From positions 10,980-74,979 of the forward strand of contig CAYYQL010000011.1 in assembly GCA_964473825.1 (NCBI GenBank): a stretch of DNA of 64,000 bases, written 5' to 3'. Source of the stretch: an uncultured archaeon. GTDB taxonomy: Archaea > Asgardarchaeota > Thorarchaeia > Thorarchaeales > Thorarchaeaceae. Of the stretch, positions 55,958-64,000 are shown in pieces (within the stretch, counting starts at the first letter, position 1; each line of letters opens with the position of its first letter). A program made the position numbers and the translations under genes. The notes beneath the pieces were generated by a model, which did not search any database, had not been told where the DNA came from, and was given only the letters and a program-made list of their open reading frames with translations.

Positions 55958-57751
55958 ATGACCTCCCTTCAAGACGTTCTAAAGAAGGCATCCGAGAAGA
56001 TAGAACAAGGAGACAGAGAGGGTGCTGCAGCTCTGCTAGTAGAGGCTGGAGAAATCTTGGCCGCAAGAGGTGTTGTTGATCGGGCTGCTCGCGTCTATAT
56101 CGAGGCGGCAAGAATATACAGAGAATATCAGAGAACATCTGAGTACTACGACGCAGTCGAAAGTGGAACGCTCATGCTGATTCGCCAGGGTGCTAATTCC
56201 AAGACCAATGTCGAAATTGTTCGAATCAACGAAGAGGCCGGCGAGTTTGCGGAGCAGGCAGGGGAGTATCAGCGAGCTGCAGATTTCTTCTTCAGAGCAA
56301 TGGACTTTGCGACTGGTTCCAAGGTCATCAAGCTCACAATCAAGGCGGCTGATGCACTTGAGAACTACGCAGATGAGAAAGAGATGGAGCGGGACTTCGA
56401 TAGGACTCTCAGCCTGTTGAAGAAGGCGAGTAGGCTCTATTACACTGCCGGTGATGACGAACTTGGAAAGAGAATCAATGAGAGAGCCATCAGGCTTGCA
56501 TTGAACTGGGCGGAAGAAGCGCGTCAAAAGGAAGACTGGTTGACAGCTGGTAACCTTCTTGCAGAGGCTGCTCAAATCACCCAGACCGAAGGAGACAGCG
56601 TAGAAGCGACGAGGCTCATGATGGACGCGGGGGGCTTCTATGAGAAGATAGGTCTCCACGAGAAGGCCGGAAACATATTCGATGCAGCTCAAGAAACCTA
56701 CAAGATGGAGAGGCTCTCAAGTGCAAGGAAAAGTGCAATGAGTCAGGCTGCAGAGGCCTACATGAAGATGGACGGTGAGCCTGAAGTTGTTGGACCGCTT
56801 CTTGTGAAAGCGGGAGACATGTTTGATGAGCTGGGAAGGGTCATGAAGGCAAAGTGGTCTTACAAGAAAGCCAGTGAGATCTTCGAAGAGCTGGCTCATA
56901 AGGCAGCCAACGAGGGTGATACCCAGTCAGAGAAGAGCTATCTGCGATATCAGGCCATGTGCCTAGGAAACTGGGGTGTCAAAGAAGAAGCTGAGGATAT
57001 CTATACGGCTGTAATCGATTATTTCACTCAGCAGGCGGAAAAAGAGCAAGAAACTGGCAATCATGAGAGGCAAGCCCTTTCTCTAGAAGAGGCCGCAGAA
57101 GTTATGTATGAGGCGGGGATGAAACAGGAAGCAGAAGCCACGTTGGAAGAAGCTTTGGAGATATATGTCAGATTGGCCAATGAGCACGCTGCCTCTGACG
57201 AACCGGACGAGGAGAGCAGGCTATTCTCCGAGGCTGCGAAATGCGCATCCAAAATGGGAGATAGCGAAAGAAGTGCATCATTCCGCAGAAAGGCAAGCGA
57301 AAGGGCGAGGAGTGCTGCCAAACTCTACCAAGAGATGGGCATTGGCGAGCTAGCTACTATTTGGCTGAGAACAGCCGGCCTTGAGGCTCTGAAGACACAT
57401 GAACCAGAAATGAGAGAAAAGGCCACAGAGTATCTGAAAGAGTCAGCTGAAGGGTTTAGGGCTATAGATGAGGAGATCGAAGCGTTCAGCGATCTCTTAG
57501 CTGTCTTCTCTCTCCTTCTTGAGCACAGACCCGACGATGACAGAATCAAGGATATTCTCTCATCGATGGATGAGATTGCACTGACAACAAGAAACGAGGA
57601 GGCCTCCTTGACTCTGTCGGTGGTAAGACCGCTTCTCGAAGGGAATCATATTGCGGCTCTGCTAGCTCTTCAGGAAAATGAGGAGGAACTAGAATCAAAG
57701 GCAGAAGACCTTCGGAGAATGGTCGAGATTGTCAAGAAGAGACTTCGTTAG
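55958..57751 (+). CDS. Large SNAP/TPR-like alpha-solenoid protein
   Basis: Repeated A..Y.EAA..Y / AG..F..A units over ~600 aa. Start at ATG 55958 with a GGGTGA RBS. Confidence 0.8.
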   Translation: MTSLQDVLKKASEKIEQGDREGAAALLVEAGEILAARGVVDRAARVYIEAARIYREYQRTSEYYDAVESGTLMLIRQGANSKTNVEIVRINEEAGEFAEQAGEYQRAADFFFRAMDFATGSKVIKLTIKAADALENYADEKEMERDFDRTLSLLKKASRLYYTAGDDELGKRINERAIRLALNWAEEARQKEDWLTAGNLLAEAAQITQTEGDSVEATRLMMDAGGFYEKIGLHEKAGNIFDAAQETYKMERLSSARKSAMSQAAEAYMKMDGEPEVVGPLLVKAGDMFDELGRVMKAKWSYKKASEIFEELAHKAANEGDTQSEKSYLRYQAMCLGNWGVKEEAEDIYTAVIDYFTQQAEKEQETGNHERQALSLEEAAEVMYEAGMKQEAEATLEEALEIYVRLANEHAASDEPDEESRLFSEAAKCASKMGDSERSASFRRKASERARSAAKLYQEMGIGELATIWLRTAGLEALKTHEPEMREKATEYLKESAEGFRAIDEEIEAFSDLLAVFSLLLEHRPDDDRIKDILSSMDEIALTTRNEEASLTLSVVRPLLEGNHIAALLALQENEEELESKAEDLRRMVEIVKKRLR

Positions 57752-57961
57752 CCACCTCACCTCCATCGTGAATCATGCGGATTTGAACCGCAGAACGCCA
57801 CAGGTCCCGAATCGGTTATGTTGAATCTCTAGTCTCCAAGAGCGCATCTGTTCGATTGCATTGCGTGCGACAGGGCGTAGATATGGAGACATTCGCATCC
57901 TGCTTATCACCCACTGTAATCGTTATCAAGGATAGTCGGATTCTCTTCCATGGTGTAGACT

Positions 57962-58381
57962 ATGGCGACGAATCATACGACACTATCATTGGACACTCAA
58001 GGCAACTGCCAGATGATTGATATAACAGAACAGCTACAAGGAGAAGTCAGCTCCAGCGGGCTGGTGGATGGAATATGTACCGTGTTCTGTCCAGGTTCAA
58101 CGGGATCAATCATCACAATTGAATATGAAGAGGGGCTACTCAAAGACTTCCCAGAGGCAATGGAGCGACTGGCGCCAAAAGACATTGTCTACGAACATCA
58201 TTTGAAATGGCATGATGGGAATGGTCACTCGCACATTCGCGCCTCAATCGTGGGACCTTCCATGACAATTCCATTTGTGAACAGCCAGCTGACGTTGGGA
58301 ACATGGCAACAGGTGACCTTTGTGGATTTCGATAACAAGCCGAGAAAGAGAACTCTACACGTCATGATGATGGGAGAATAG
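57962..58381 (+). CDS. yjbQ: YjbQ/UPF0047 family protein
   Basis: DIT, GSTG.I..IE.E, YEH...DGNGHSHIRAS, LGTWQ, DFD. Confidence 0.93.
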   Translation: MATNHTTLSLDTQGNCQMIDITEQLQGEVSSSGLVDGICTVFCPGSTGSIITIEYEEGLLKDFPEAMERLAPKDIVYEHHLKWHDGNGHSHIRASIVGPSMTIPFVNSQLTLGTWQQVTFVDFDNKPRKRTLHVMMMGE

Positions 58382-58382
58382 G

Positions 58383-58682
58383 TCACGGTACTTCGTCATC
58401 CGAATTGAGATCCCAAATCATGTCGGCTAGACTCGCTGGTTCAACCGCAGATTCACGGATTTTCATTGCCAGATAATGAATCCTAAGAGCTCTCCTGAGT
58501 CGATGAATCTGAAAAGGTGCATCCCAGCCAGGAGAAGTGCTTCGATAGCCGAAAGTGTCCATGAGCCCGCGGATTGTGTCAAGCTCCTTCTTCACTTGTG
58601 CTTTAACATCGTCTATTTCGCGGTCTATGGTCAGTGAATTAGGCATCGATATATGCACCCCGGCATCCCGGATGGAGGGCAA
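58383..58682 (-). CDS. Hypothetical protein
   Basis: Fills the gap between convergent yjbQ and nob1; helical composition; start uncertain. Confidence 0.55.
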   Translation of the reverse strand: MPSIRDAGVHISMPNSLTIDREIDDVKAQVKKELDTIRGLMDTFGYRSTSPGWDAPFQIHRLRRALRIHYLAMKIRESAVEPASLADMIWDLNSDDEVP

Positions 58683-58725
58683 GTATCTAAAATAGTCTGT
58701 GTATTCCGCGGGTATTACGCGCCAA

Positions 58726-59250
58726 TCAACAAATTCGCTTCCTCTTGCCAGGTCGTCGCTGCATCAAGGTGCCACAGGTGGGACATTCCATCTGACGGGG
58801 TGCAGTTCTCAGTACTTCTCCACAGGCGGGGCATTTGAAGACCCACTCAATCTTCTCTCGAAATCTATGTGTAGGGTCTAAGATTCGAAGGCCCAGAGAG
58901 GCCGCAGTATTGAGAATCGCAAAGTCAGTCGAAACAACTGTGACGTCCTTGGACGTTTCAAGCAGAGACACCGCCAAGGCAAGCAGGTCAAGATCTTGTG
59001 GTGATAGCTCTTCCAGGTCACCAGTCCTCAGCGCTTCTTCTTGAGCTCTAGATCGTGCATCTGGAGAGGCTTCCTCGATTCGAAGACGACCCATTGAGAT
59101 AATCTCGTCTATTCTTCTCCGACTAGGGCGGTTGAGTACTTCATCTATAACTGCCTGTGTTGTTGCTAGGTTCTTGTGGGGGTTCTTATGGGGCCAAGTG
59201 GTAAAGAGTATCCCTGCATCAACAACAAAGAGCTGAACCAACAACTCCAC
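58726..59250 (-). CDS. nob1: Nob1-like PIN endonuclease with Zn ribbon
   Basis: VVDAG, V.DEV, TGD...LS..D.DLLALA, TDFAI.N.A..LGL, CPACG...CPTCG. Confidence 0.88.
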   Translation of the reverse strand: MELLVQLFVVDAGILFTTWPHKNPHKNLATTQAVIDEVLNRPSRRRIDEIISMGRLRIEEASPDARSRAQEEALRTGDLEELSPQDLDLLALAVSLLETSKDVTVVSTDFAILNTAASLGLRILDPTHRFREKIEWVFKCPACGEVLRTAPRQMECPTCGTLMQRRPGKRKRIC

Positions 59251-60120
59251 CTACTGAGTCCTAGGAACAAGTCGGGTGTTGAGGCGGTCATAGTAGTTGT
59301 CATACATGCGTATGAATCGTGTGACGTGTTCTGACTTCTTCATCCACACCGTTTCATGTGGTTCAACTTCCCAACGGTCCTGCCCATCAATCACGACCAG
59401 ACTGCGTACACCTGGTTTCACCATCTCGATCTCAAACAAGCTGTCATCAGGAACCACTAGCGATTTCAGCTCGAATCGAGGGGGACAGACAGGAACGAAG
59501 ATGAATCCATGAACCCTAGGGGTCAGTATCGACCCTCCGGCTGCCAGGGCATAAGCACTTGATCCGCACGGGGTCGCAAGCATTGCCCCGTCAGCCCTTC
59601 CAAAATCGACCCGTGTCCCATCGAGATAGGCTTGGATTGTCAGAAGGCGCCCGGGTACATAAGATGTGACCAACGCCTCATTGAGGGCATGACCAAACTC
59701 TCGATTTCCGCACCCTGTCTTGAGATTGACGCATCTCTCTATGATGCATTCATTCTTCAATATCCGTTCAAGAGAGCTGAGGGCCGTGGTTGTGCTGCTC
59801 TCGGTCAAGAATCCTACTGTCCCCCGATTTATGCAGAACAGGGGGGTCTCACGGTCACTCATGTGACGCACCGTGTGCAGGATCGTGCCATCTCCACCGA
59901 TGGTGATTGTGAAATCCACACTCATGTCCTCAATCAGAGTTGGTGTGGCACCTTTGTCAGCAACGTTGCAGGAGCCTGAATCGACCAATACACGAATATC
60001 ATGATCAATTAGAAATCGGGTAACCTCACAAGCAATCTGTTCGATGTCAACTCTGCCGGGCTTGCAGACAAGACCAACGGTTCGATTCTCGCTTAGGATA
60101 GTGGGATTCTCTTCAATCAT
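59251..60120 (-). CDS. nadK: NAD(+) kinase
   Basis: GGDGTIL, N.G.VGFL, LNE, DG...ATP.GSSAYALAAGG. Confidence 0.93.
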   Translation of the reverse strand: MIEENPTILSENRTVGLVCKPGRVDIEQIACEVTRFLIDHDIRVLVDSGSCNVADKGATPTLIEDMSVDFTITIGGDGTILHTVRHMSDRETPLFCINRGTVGFLTESSTTTALSSLERILKNECIIERCVNLKTGCGNREFGHALNEALVTSYVPGRLLTIQAYLDGTRVDFGRADGAMLATPCGSSAYALAAGGSILTPRVHGFIFVPVCPPRFELKSLVVPDDSLFEIEMVKPGVRSLVVIDGQDRWEVEPHETVWMKKSEHVTRFIRMYDNYYDRLNTRLVPRTQ

Positions 60121-60265
60121 GAGGATACATCCAAACGGAACTTGAATTAGCGGCAATATTACTCTTGCCAGTTCTGAGACCTGTAGAATGCTGTCCCATA
60201 AAGTATATGAATAGAGTCATACGAGGTTCATCAGACTTGTCCTATGTACTGGTTGGTGAACAATA

Positions 60266-60661
60266 TTGAGTATTCGGAAAGCAGAGGCAAAGACGCTGAA
60301 ACCAGGAAGCTACTTTCTAATTGAGGAAGAGCCTTGCCGCGTAATCTCTATAGAGAAATCAAAACCCGGAAAACACGGAGCAGCAAAGGCAAACATAACA
60401 GCAGTAGGCTTCTTTGACGATCGCAAGCGCAATGTGATCATGCCCGCAGACCGCATGGTAGATGTACCAGTCATAGACAAGAGAACAGCCACGGTCATCG
60501 CAGATCTCGGTGAGCATTATCAGCTGATGGATTCTGAAACCTACGAGACTTACAACACCCCTAAACCAGCTGACGAAGAGATCGCCAGCAAGATGGAGCT
60601 GAATGCTGAAGTTGAGGTCTGGGATGTCATGAACAAGAGGGTCATCATGCGCGTCAAGTAG
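60266..60661 (+). CDS. eif5a: Translation factor aIF5A
   Basis: Hypusine loop KSKPGKHGAAKA; QLMD.ETYET. Confidence 0.97.
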   Translation: MSIRKAEAKTLKPGSYFLIEEEPCRVISIEKSKPGKHGAAKANITAVGFFDDRKRNVIMPADRMVDVPVIDKRTATVIADLGEHYQLMDSETYETYNTPKPADEEIASKMELNAEVEVWDVMNKRVIMRVK

Positions 60662-60746
60662 CCATGACCGCCTTCCTTCAGGAACTCGATAGGACACACA
60701 ACTGAGAACTCGCGCTTCGGATTCTCTTGTATCTCACAGTGAATAG

Positions 60747-60834
<88 letters not shown>

Positions 60835-61000
60835 AAAGTAGCGGCACTAGGCCACGAATCCTACCCGCAGGCTGTTTCTTTTTACCTTTTCGGAGCAGAG
60901 AGAGGGATGGCGTATCCCCTTGTTGTATTGGGAGAATTGCTTCTGTTTCCTGATGATTAGCTATGCAGTTGCTGACAGAGGTGGGGTGAATACTCATAAG

Positions 61001-61031
61001 CGTGTTACAAATGAAATCAAGTCGTGTTACA
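61001..61031 (+). promoter_or_regulatory. Direct-repeat operator candidate upstream of nikR
   Basis: CGTGTTACA at 61001-61009 and 61023-61031 (22-bp period). Confidence 0.5.
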
Positions 61032-61046
61032 CAGAAAGGAGCTTGA

Positions 61047-61484
61047 ATGTCAATGAGTATGAAGCGGTTTGGTGTTTCGGTACCGTCTGACCTCTTGCAG
61101 AGATTCGATGAGCTGGTGGAAGAGAAGGGCTATGTTGGCCGATCTGAGGCAATCAGAGATGCCATGAGGAACTACATCACACAGAGTGAGTGGGAGTCAT
61201 ACCAGGCAGGCAAGCATGCAGCACTGAACATCGTATATAGACACAAACCTGCCCTCATGGCAAACCTCATTGAATGCCAGCACTCAGCCAAGGCACATGT
61301 GACATCGACCGTCCACGTACACCTCACCGAAACGCACTGCCTAGAGATTCTTACCATCAGAGGGAATAGAGATGACATTCAGGCACTGGCTGATGAGATT
61401 GGAGGACTCTCAGGCATTGAATATGTGCGTCTGTTTCCTTTTGCATTACTGGATGACGAGGAGAGTCACAGTCACCACCACTAG
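61047..61484 (+). CDS. nikR: Nickel-responsive regulator NikR
   Basis: RFGVS.P..LL..FD, RSEAIRDA.R, QH, HVHL...HCLE. Confidence 0.93.
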   Translation: MSMSMKRFGVSVPSDLLQRFDELVEEKGYVGRSEAIRDAMRNYITQSEWESYQAGKHAALNIVYRHKPALMANLIECQHSAKAHVTSTVHVHLTETHCLEILTIRGNRDDIQALADEIGGLSGIEYVRLFPFALLDDEESHSHHH

Positions 61485-61492
61485 CTGTCCGG

Positions 61493-61843
61493 TCAGCCAG
61501 CGGTCTTAATCCATATCAGCAATCCAACACAGGTCACCCCGACGCTCGCGATAAGAATGACGGCTAGATTCCCGTCTTGATAACAGATCTCAAAGGGTAA
61601 TGTTTCGGAATCGATCTCAAGAATGGTGCCCGTGGAATCGAGCAGAATGGTCCATCTCTCACTCTCTGCAACAACGTGAAACCGAAATCGCCAGACTGAT
61701 CGCTTGTTGAGTCCGACAACAGAACCCGGCAGAACCAGAACCTCCCCGCAGAGTTCCCAGTATCTTTTGTCCTCCACGAAGAAGTCAACTGCAGACATGG
61801 CCACTGACGAGAAACATGGATTGAGTTCCGTTATCCACAACAA
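61493..61843 (-). CDS. Hypothetical membrane-anchored protein (possibly a fragment)
   Basis: Beta-rich segment and C-terminal TM; no clear signal peptide or start. Confidence 0.45.
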   Translation of the reverse strand: MLWITELNPCFSSVAMSAVDFFVEDKRYWELCGEVLVLPGSVVGLNKRSVWRFRFHVVAESERWTILLDSTGTILEIDSETLPFEICYQDGNLAVILIASVGVTCVGLLIWIKTAG

Positions 61844-61933
61844 TGACTCATTGTCTTAGCTGGCAGATGAATAGGACTAGTCTGTTCAAGAGAAAGAGGG
61901 AGAGAGGCTCGAGTGAGCCTTCGCTCATGGCCA

Positions 61934-63190
61934 CTATTCTGCCCTGAAAGCCTCGACTGGCATCAGCTTTGACGCGCGCCATGCGGGATACATGGCGAAT
62001 ATGATGCTCACCGTGACGCCGAAGGTCAGAGCCTGAATAGCCAGGAGAGGTGTCAAAACCGGGGCGATTGTCACTCCATCAGATATTGGTCCTCCTGCAA
62101 ATCCTTTGACAGCCCGTGCAAAGATGTTGGCAAGAAGTGCACCAGCTCCAATTCCAACAAAACCCCCGATAAGCCCGATTATCAATGCCTCGCCCAGGAA
62201 GATGACCAAGATATTCCGCCCCTTTGCTCCCAATGCTTTGAGGATGCCAATCTCTCTTGTGCGCTCCATGAGGGAAACAATCATGATATTCATGATACCA
62301 ATGCCTGCAACCAAGAGGGAGATTCCTCCAACGCCAGCTAAGAGTAGTTCGACAGTAGCTAACGCCGAGGACACGGTGCTGAGGATTGCCGTTGCTGAAC
62401 TCACAGAAACTTCATTGAGAAAGAGCTCTCTGATTCTGTCCGATACTTCTGCAATGAACTCGTCATCATCGCTGGCGAGTTTCACCACAATCTGGCCCAC
62501 TTCATCGGCACCGAAGTATTCGGTTGCAGACTCGATCGGTATGTACATCCCGGTGTCCGATACTCCGAATCCGAATGTACCAATCTCCTCCAGTATGGCG
62601 ACAACCGTGAGCGACTTGTTGACAGGGACCAGCTGTGTTCCATTCCGAATAGCATAGTATACATTGAAGGTTTCACCGAGCTCAACTGGATGTGTACCAT
62701 TCCCCCAGGGGTCGTACAGCGAGTAGCCGATAACGACTTGGTCATCAGCTGGGCTCTCCGGAATACTGCCCAGTGCTGCGGTGAAAGTGGTGTACATCTC
62801 AGTGTAGGCACTGAAATCCACACCCGTTAGACTGAGAGGCTGGTCTCTCAACTTGAACTCGGCAGTCACTGTCTTTGAGATGGACGCTGAAGAGGTGACG
62901 ACTCCTTCGACTTCGTTTATCAGGTCAGTATCGTTGGCGTATAACACGAAGTCGCTCTCGGATCCTCCAAACATACTGAATCCACCAGAGCCCGCAGAGA
63001 CCGTGACAACGTCTGTGGCAAATCCCTCTTGGAACTGACCCGTAATGGCAACCTGAAAGCCCTGAGTGAATGACAGAAGGGCAACAATGGCTCCAATTCC
63101 AATCACGATACCCAGCGTGGTAAGCCCAGATCTGAGTTTCCGGAGCCGTATTGCTCCAAATGAATAAGCGAGAGTGTCACGTGCCTTCAA
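61934..63190 (-). CDS. MacB-type ABC permease
   Basis: RSGLTTLGIVIGIG, ISLLVAGIGIMNIM..S..ERTREIGILKALGA, YPAWRASKL.PVEA.R.E. Confidence 0.95.
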   Translation of the reverse strand: MKARDTLAYSFGAIRLRKLRSGLTTLGIVIGIGAIVALLSFTQGFQVAITGQFQEGFATDVVTVSAGSGGFSMFGGSESDFVLYANDTDLINEVEGVVTSSASISKTVTAEFKLRDQPLSLTGVDFSAYTEMYTTFTAALGSIPESPADDQVVIGYSLYDPWGNGTHPVELGETFNVYYAIRNGTQLVPVNKSLTVVAILEEIGTFGFGVSDTGMYIPIESATEYFGADEVGQIVVKLASDDDEFIAEVSDRIRELFLNEVSVSSATAILSTVSSALATVELLLAGVGGISLLVAGIGIMNIMIVSLMERTREIGILKALGAKGRNILVIFLGEALIIGLIGGFVGIGAGALLANIFARAVKGFAGGPISDGVTIAPVLTPLLAIQALTFGVTVSIIFAMYPAWRASKLMPVEAFRAE

Positions 63191-63876
63191 TGTAGATTCA
63201 CCTCATCAGAATCTAAGAGTCCGTCCCGCAGTCGCAGCGTCCTATCCGTGCGCTTAGCGACCTCCTTATCATGGGTCACTAGCACTGCAGTCATCTGGAA
63301 ACGGTCGTTCAGTTCTATCACCAACTCCATGATGTCGACTGCTGTCTTTGAGTCAAGGTTGCCCGTGGGCTCATCCATCAGAAGAAAGGTGGGCTCGTTC
63401 ACCAAGGCCCGAGCGATAGCAACACGTTGTCGCTCACCACCACTCAGCTCGGTAGGCTTATGGTCCATTCTATCAGCAAGCCCCACTTGGGCCAGAGCCT
63501 CTCGCACTCGATCCTGCCGGATATCTCGGTCCATTCCGTCGATGGTGAGCGGCAGTTCTACATTGCCCTTGGCATCGAGACGAGGGATAAGATTGAAGAA
63601 CTGAAACACGAAACCGACTCTCTTTCGCATCTCAGCTAACTCATTGTCATCCAGACCCGAGATGTCGGTCCCCTCGATAATCAGAGTTCCGTCAGTTGGT
63701 CGGTCCAGCGCGCCTATTAGATTCAAGAGTGTGGACTTTCCACTGCCAGACGGCCCGAGTATTGAGAGTAGTTCTCCTCTGTAAACCTTGAACGAAACAC
63801 CTCTCAGTGCCTTCACTGGAACAGAGCCCAGCATGTAGGTCCTTGTCGCATTTTGTACATCTAGTACTTCTGTCAA
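63187..63876 (-). CDS. ABC ATPase, LolD/MacB family
   Basis: GPSGSGKST, GFVFQ.FNL, LSGGERQRVAIARAL, DEPTGNLD. Start TTG 63876 after GGAGGG. Confidence 0.95.
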   Translation of the reverse strand: MTEVLDVQNATRTYMLGSVPVKALRGVSFKVYRGELLSILGPSGSGKSTLLNLIGALDRPTDGTLIIEGTDISGLDDNELAEMRKRVGFVFQFFNLIPRLDAKGNVELPLTIDGMDRDIRQDRVREALAQVGLADRMDHKPTELSGGERQRVAIARALVNEPTFLLMDEPTGNLDSKTAVDIMELVIELNDRFQMTAVLVTHDKEVAKRTDRTLRLRDGLLDSDEVNLH

Positions 63877-63933
63877 TTGTATCCCTCCTGTACAGTTAGT
63901 GGAGTACAATGGTCTCCAGCCAAGTGTCAGGCA

Positions 63934-63962
63934 GATATCATTAGTGATATCGTATATGATAT
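63934..63962. promoter_or_regulatory. Palindromic operator candidate upstream of the ABC operon
   Basis: GATATCA-TTAG-TGATATC (63934-63951), a third TGATAT at 63957-63962, and an AT-rich TATA-like box near 63978-63988. Confidence 0.5.
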
Positions 63963-64000
63963 TGCGTTACGGATTTGAATATAAATATTCCGCTGGGACT

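Noticed and set aside
60662-60746. Integrated element at the tRNA-Leu 3' end
   Set aside because: The tRNA 3' side abuts housekeeping eif5a; I saw no integrase or duplicated tRNA 3' end.

Overview
A 64-kb, gene-dense archaeal chromosomal segment, most likely from an Asgard archaeon of the Thorarchaeia type. Supporting evidence: eS26, eL13, class I LysRS, archaeal CCA enzyme, short XPF, single-OB SSB, GGTGA-type ribosome-binding sites, many TTG/GTG starts, and a dense set of eukaryotic-signature-like proteins (roadblock, three small GTPases, longin/uDENN proteins, Bet3/TRAPPC3-like and V4R proteins, PCI- and SNAP-like helical repeats). It carries about 60 CDS and one tRNA-Leu(CAG). I saw no rRNA, CRISPR array or transposase/integrase. 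The most interesting items are: (1) a duplicated module at 41.0-46.1 kb, where each Bet3-like gene follows a roadblock + tandem winged-helix gene and two related 4-TM proteins lie between the copies, a candidate membrane-anchored proto-TRAPP/GTPase-regulator complex; (2) a ~230-nt, extensively paired intergenic element with two possible pseudoknots (17519-17746) just upstream of a probable cobalamin-uptake operon, plus several other structured intergenic elements; (3) an NPRL2-like longin-wHTH protein and a longin-Arf fusion with a ~320-aa acidic tail; (4) an MglA-like GTPase with a natural Gln-to-Leu change in G3, in a gene string with a TPR protein, a surface gingipain-like protease and a roadblock protein; (5) an RHH regulator of the CdrS/aCcr1 type, missing from the ORF track, with a palindromic operator. 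All family calls come from motif recognition by eye and all RNA structures from manual pairing. No searches or folding programs were run.
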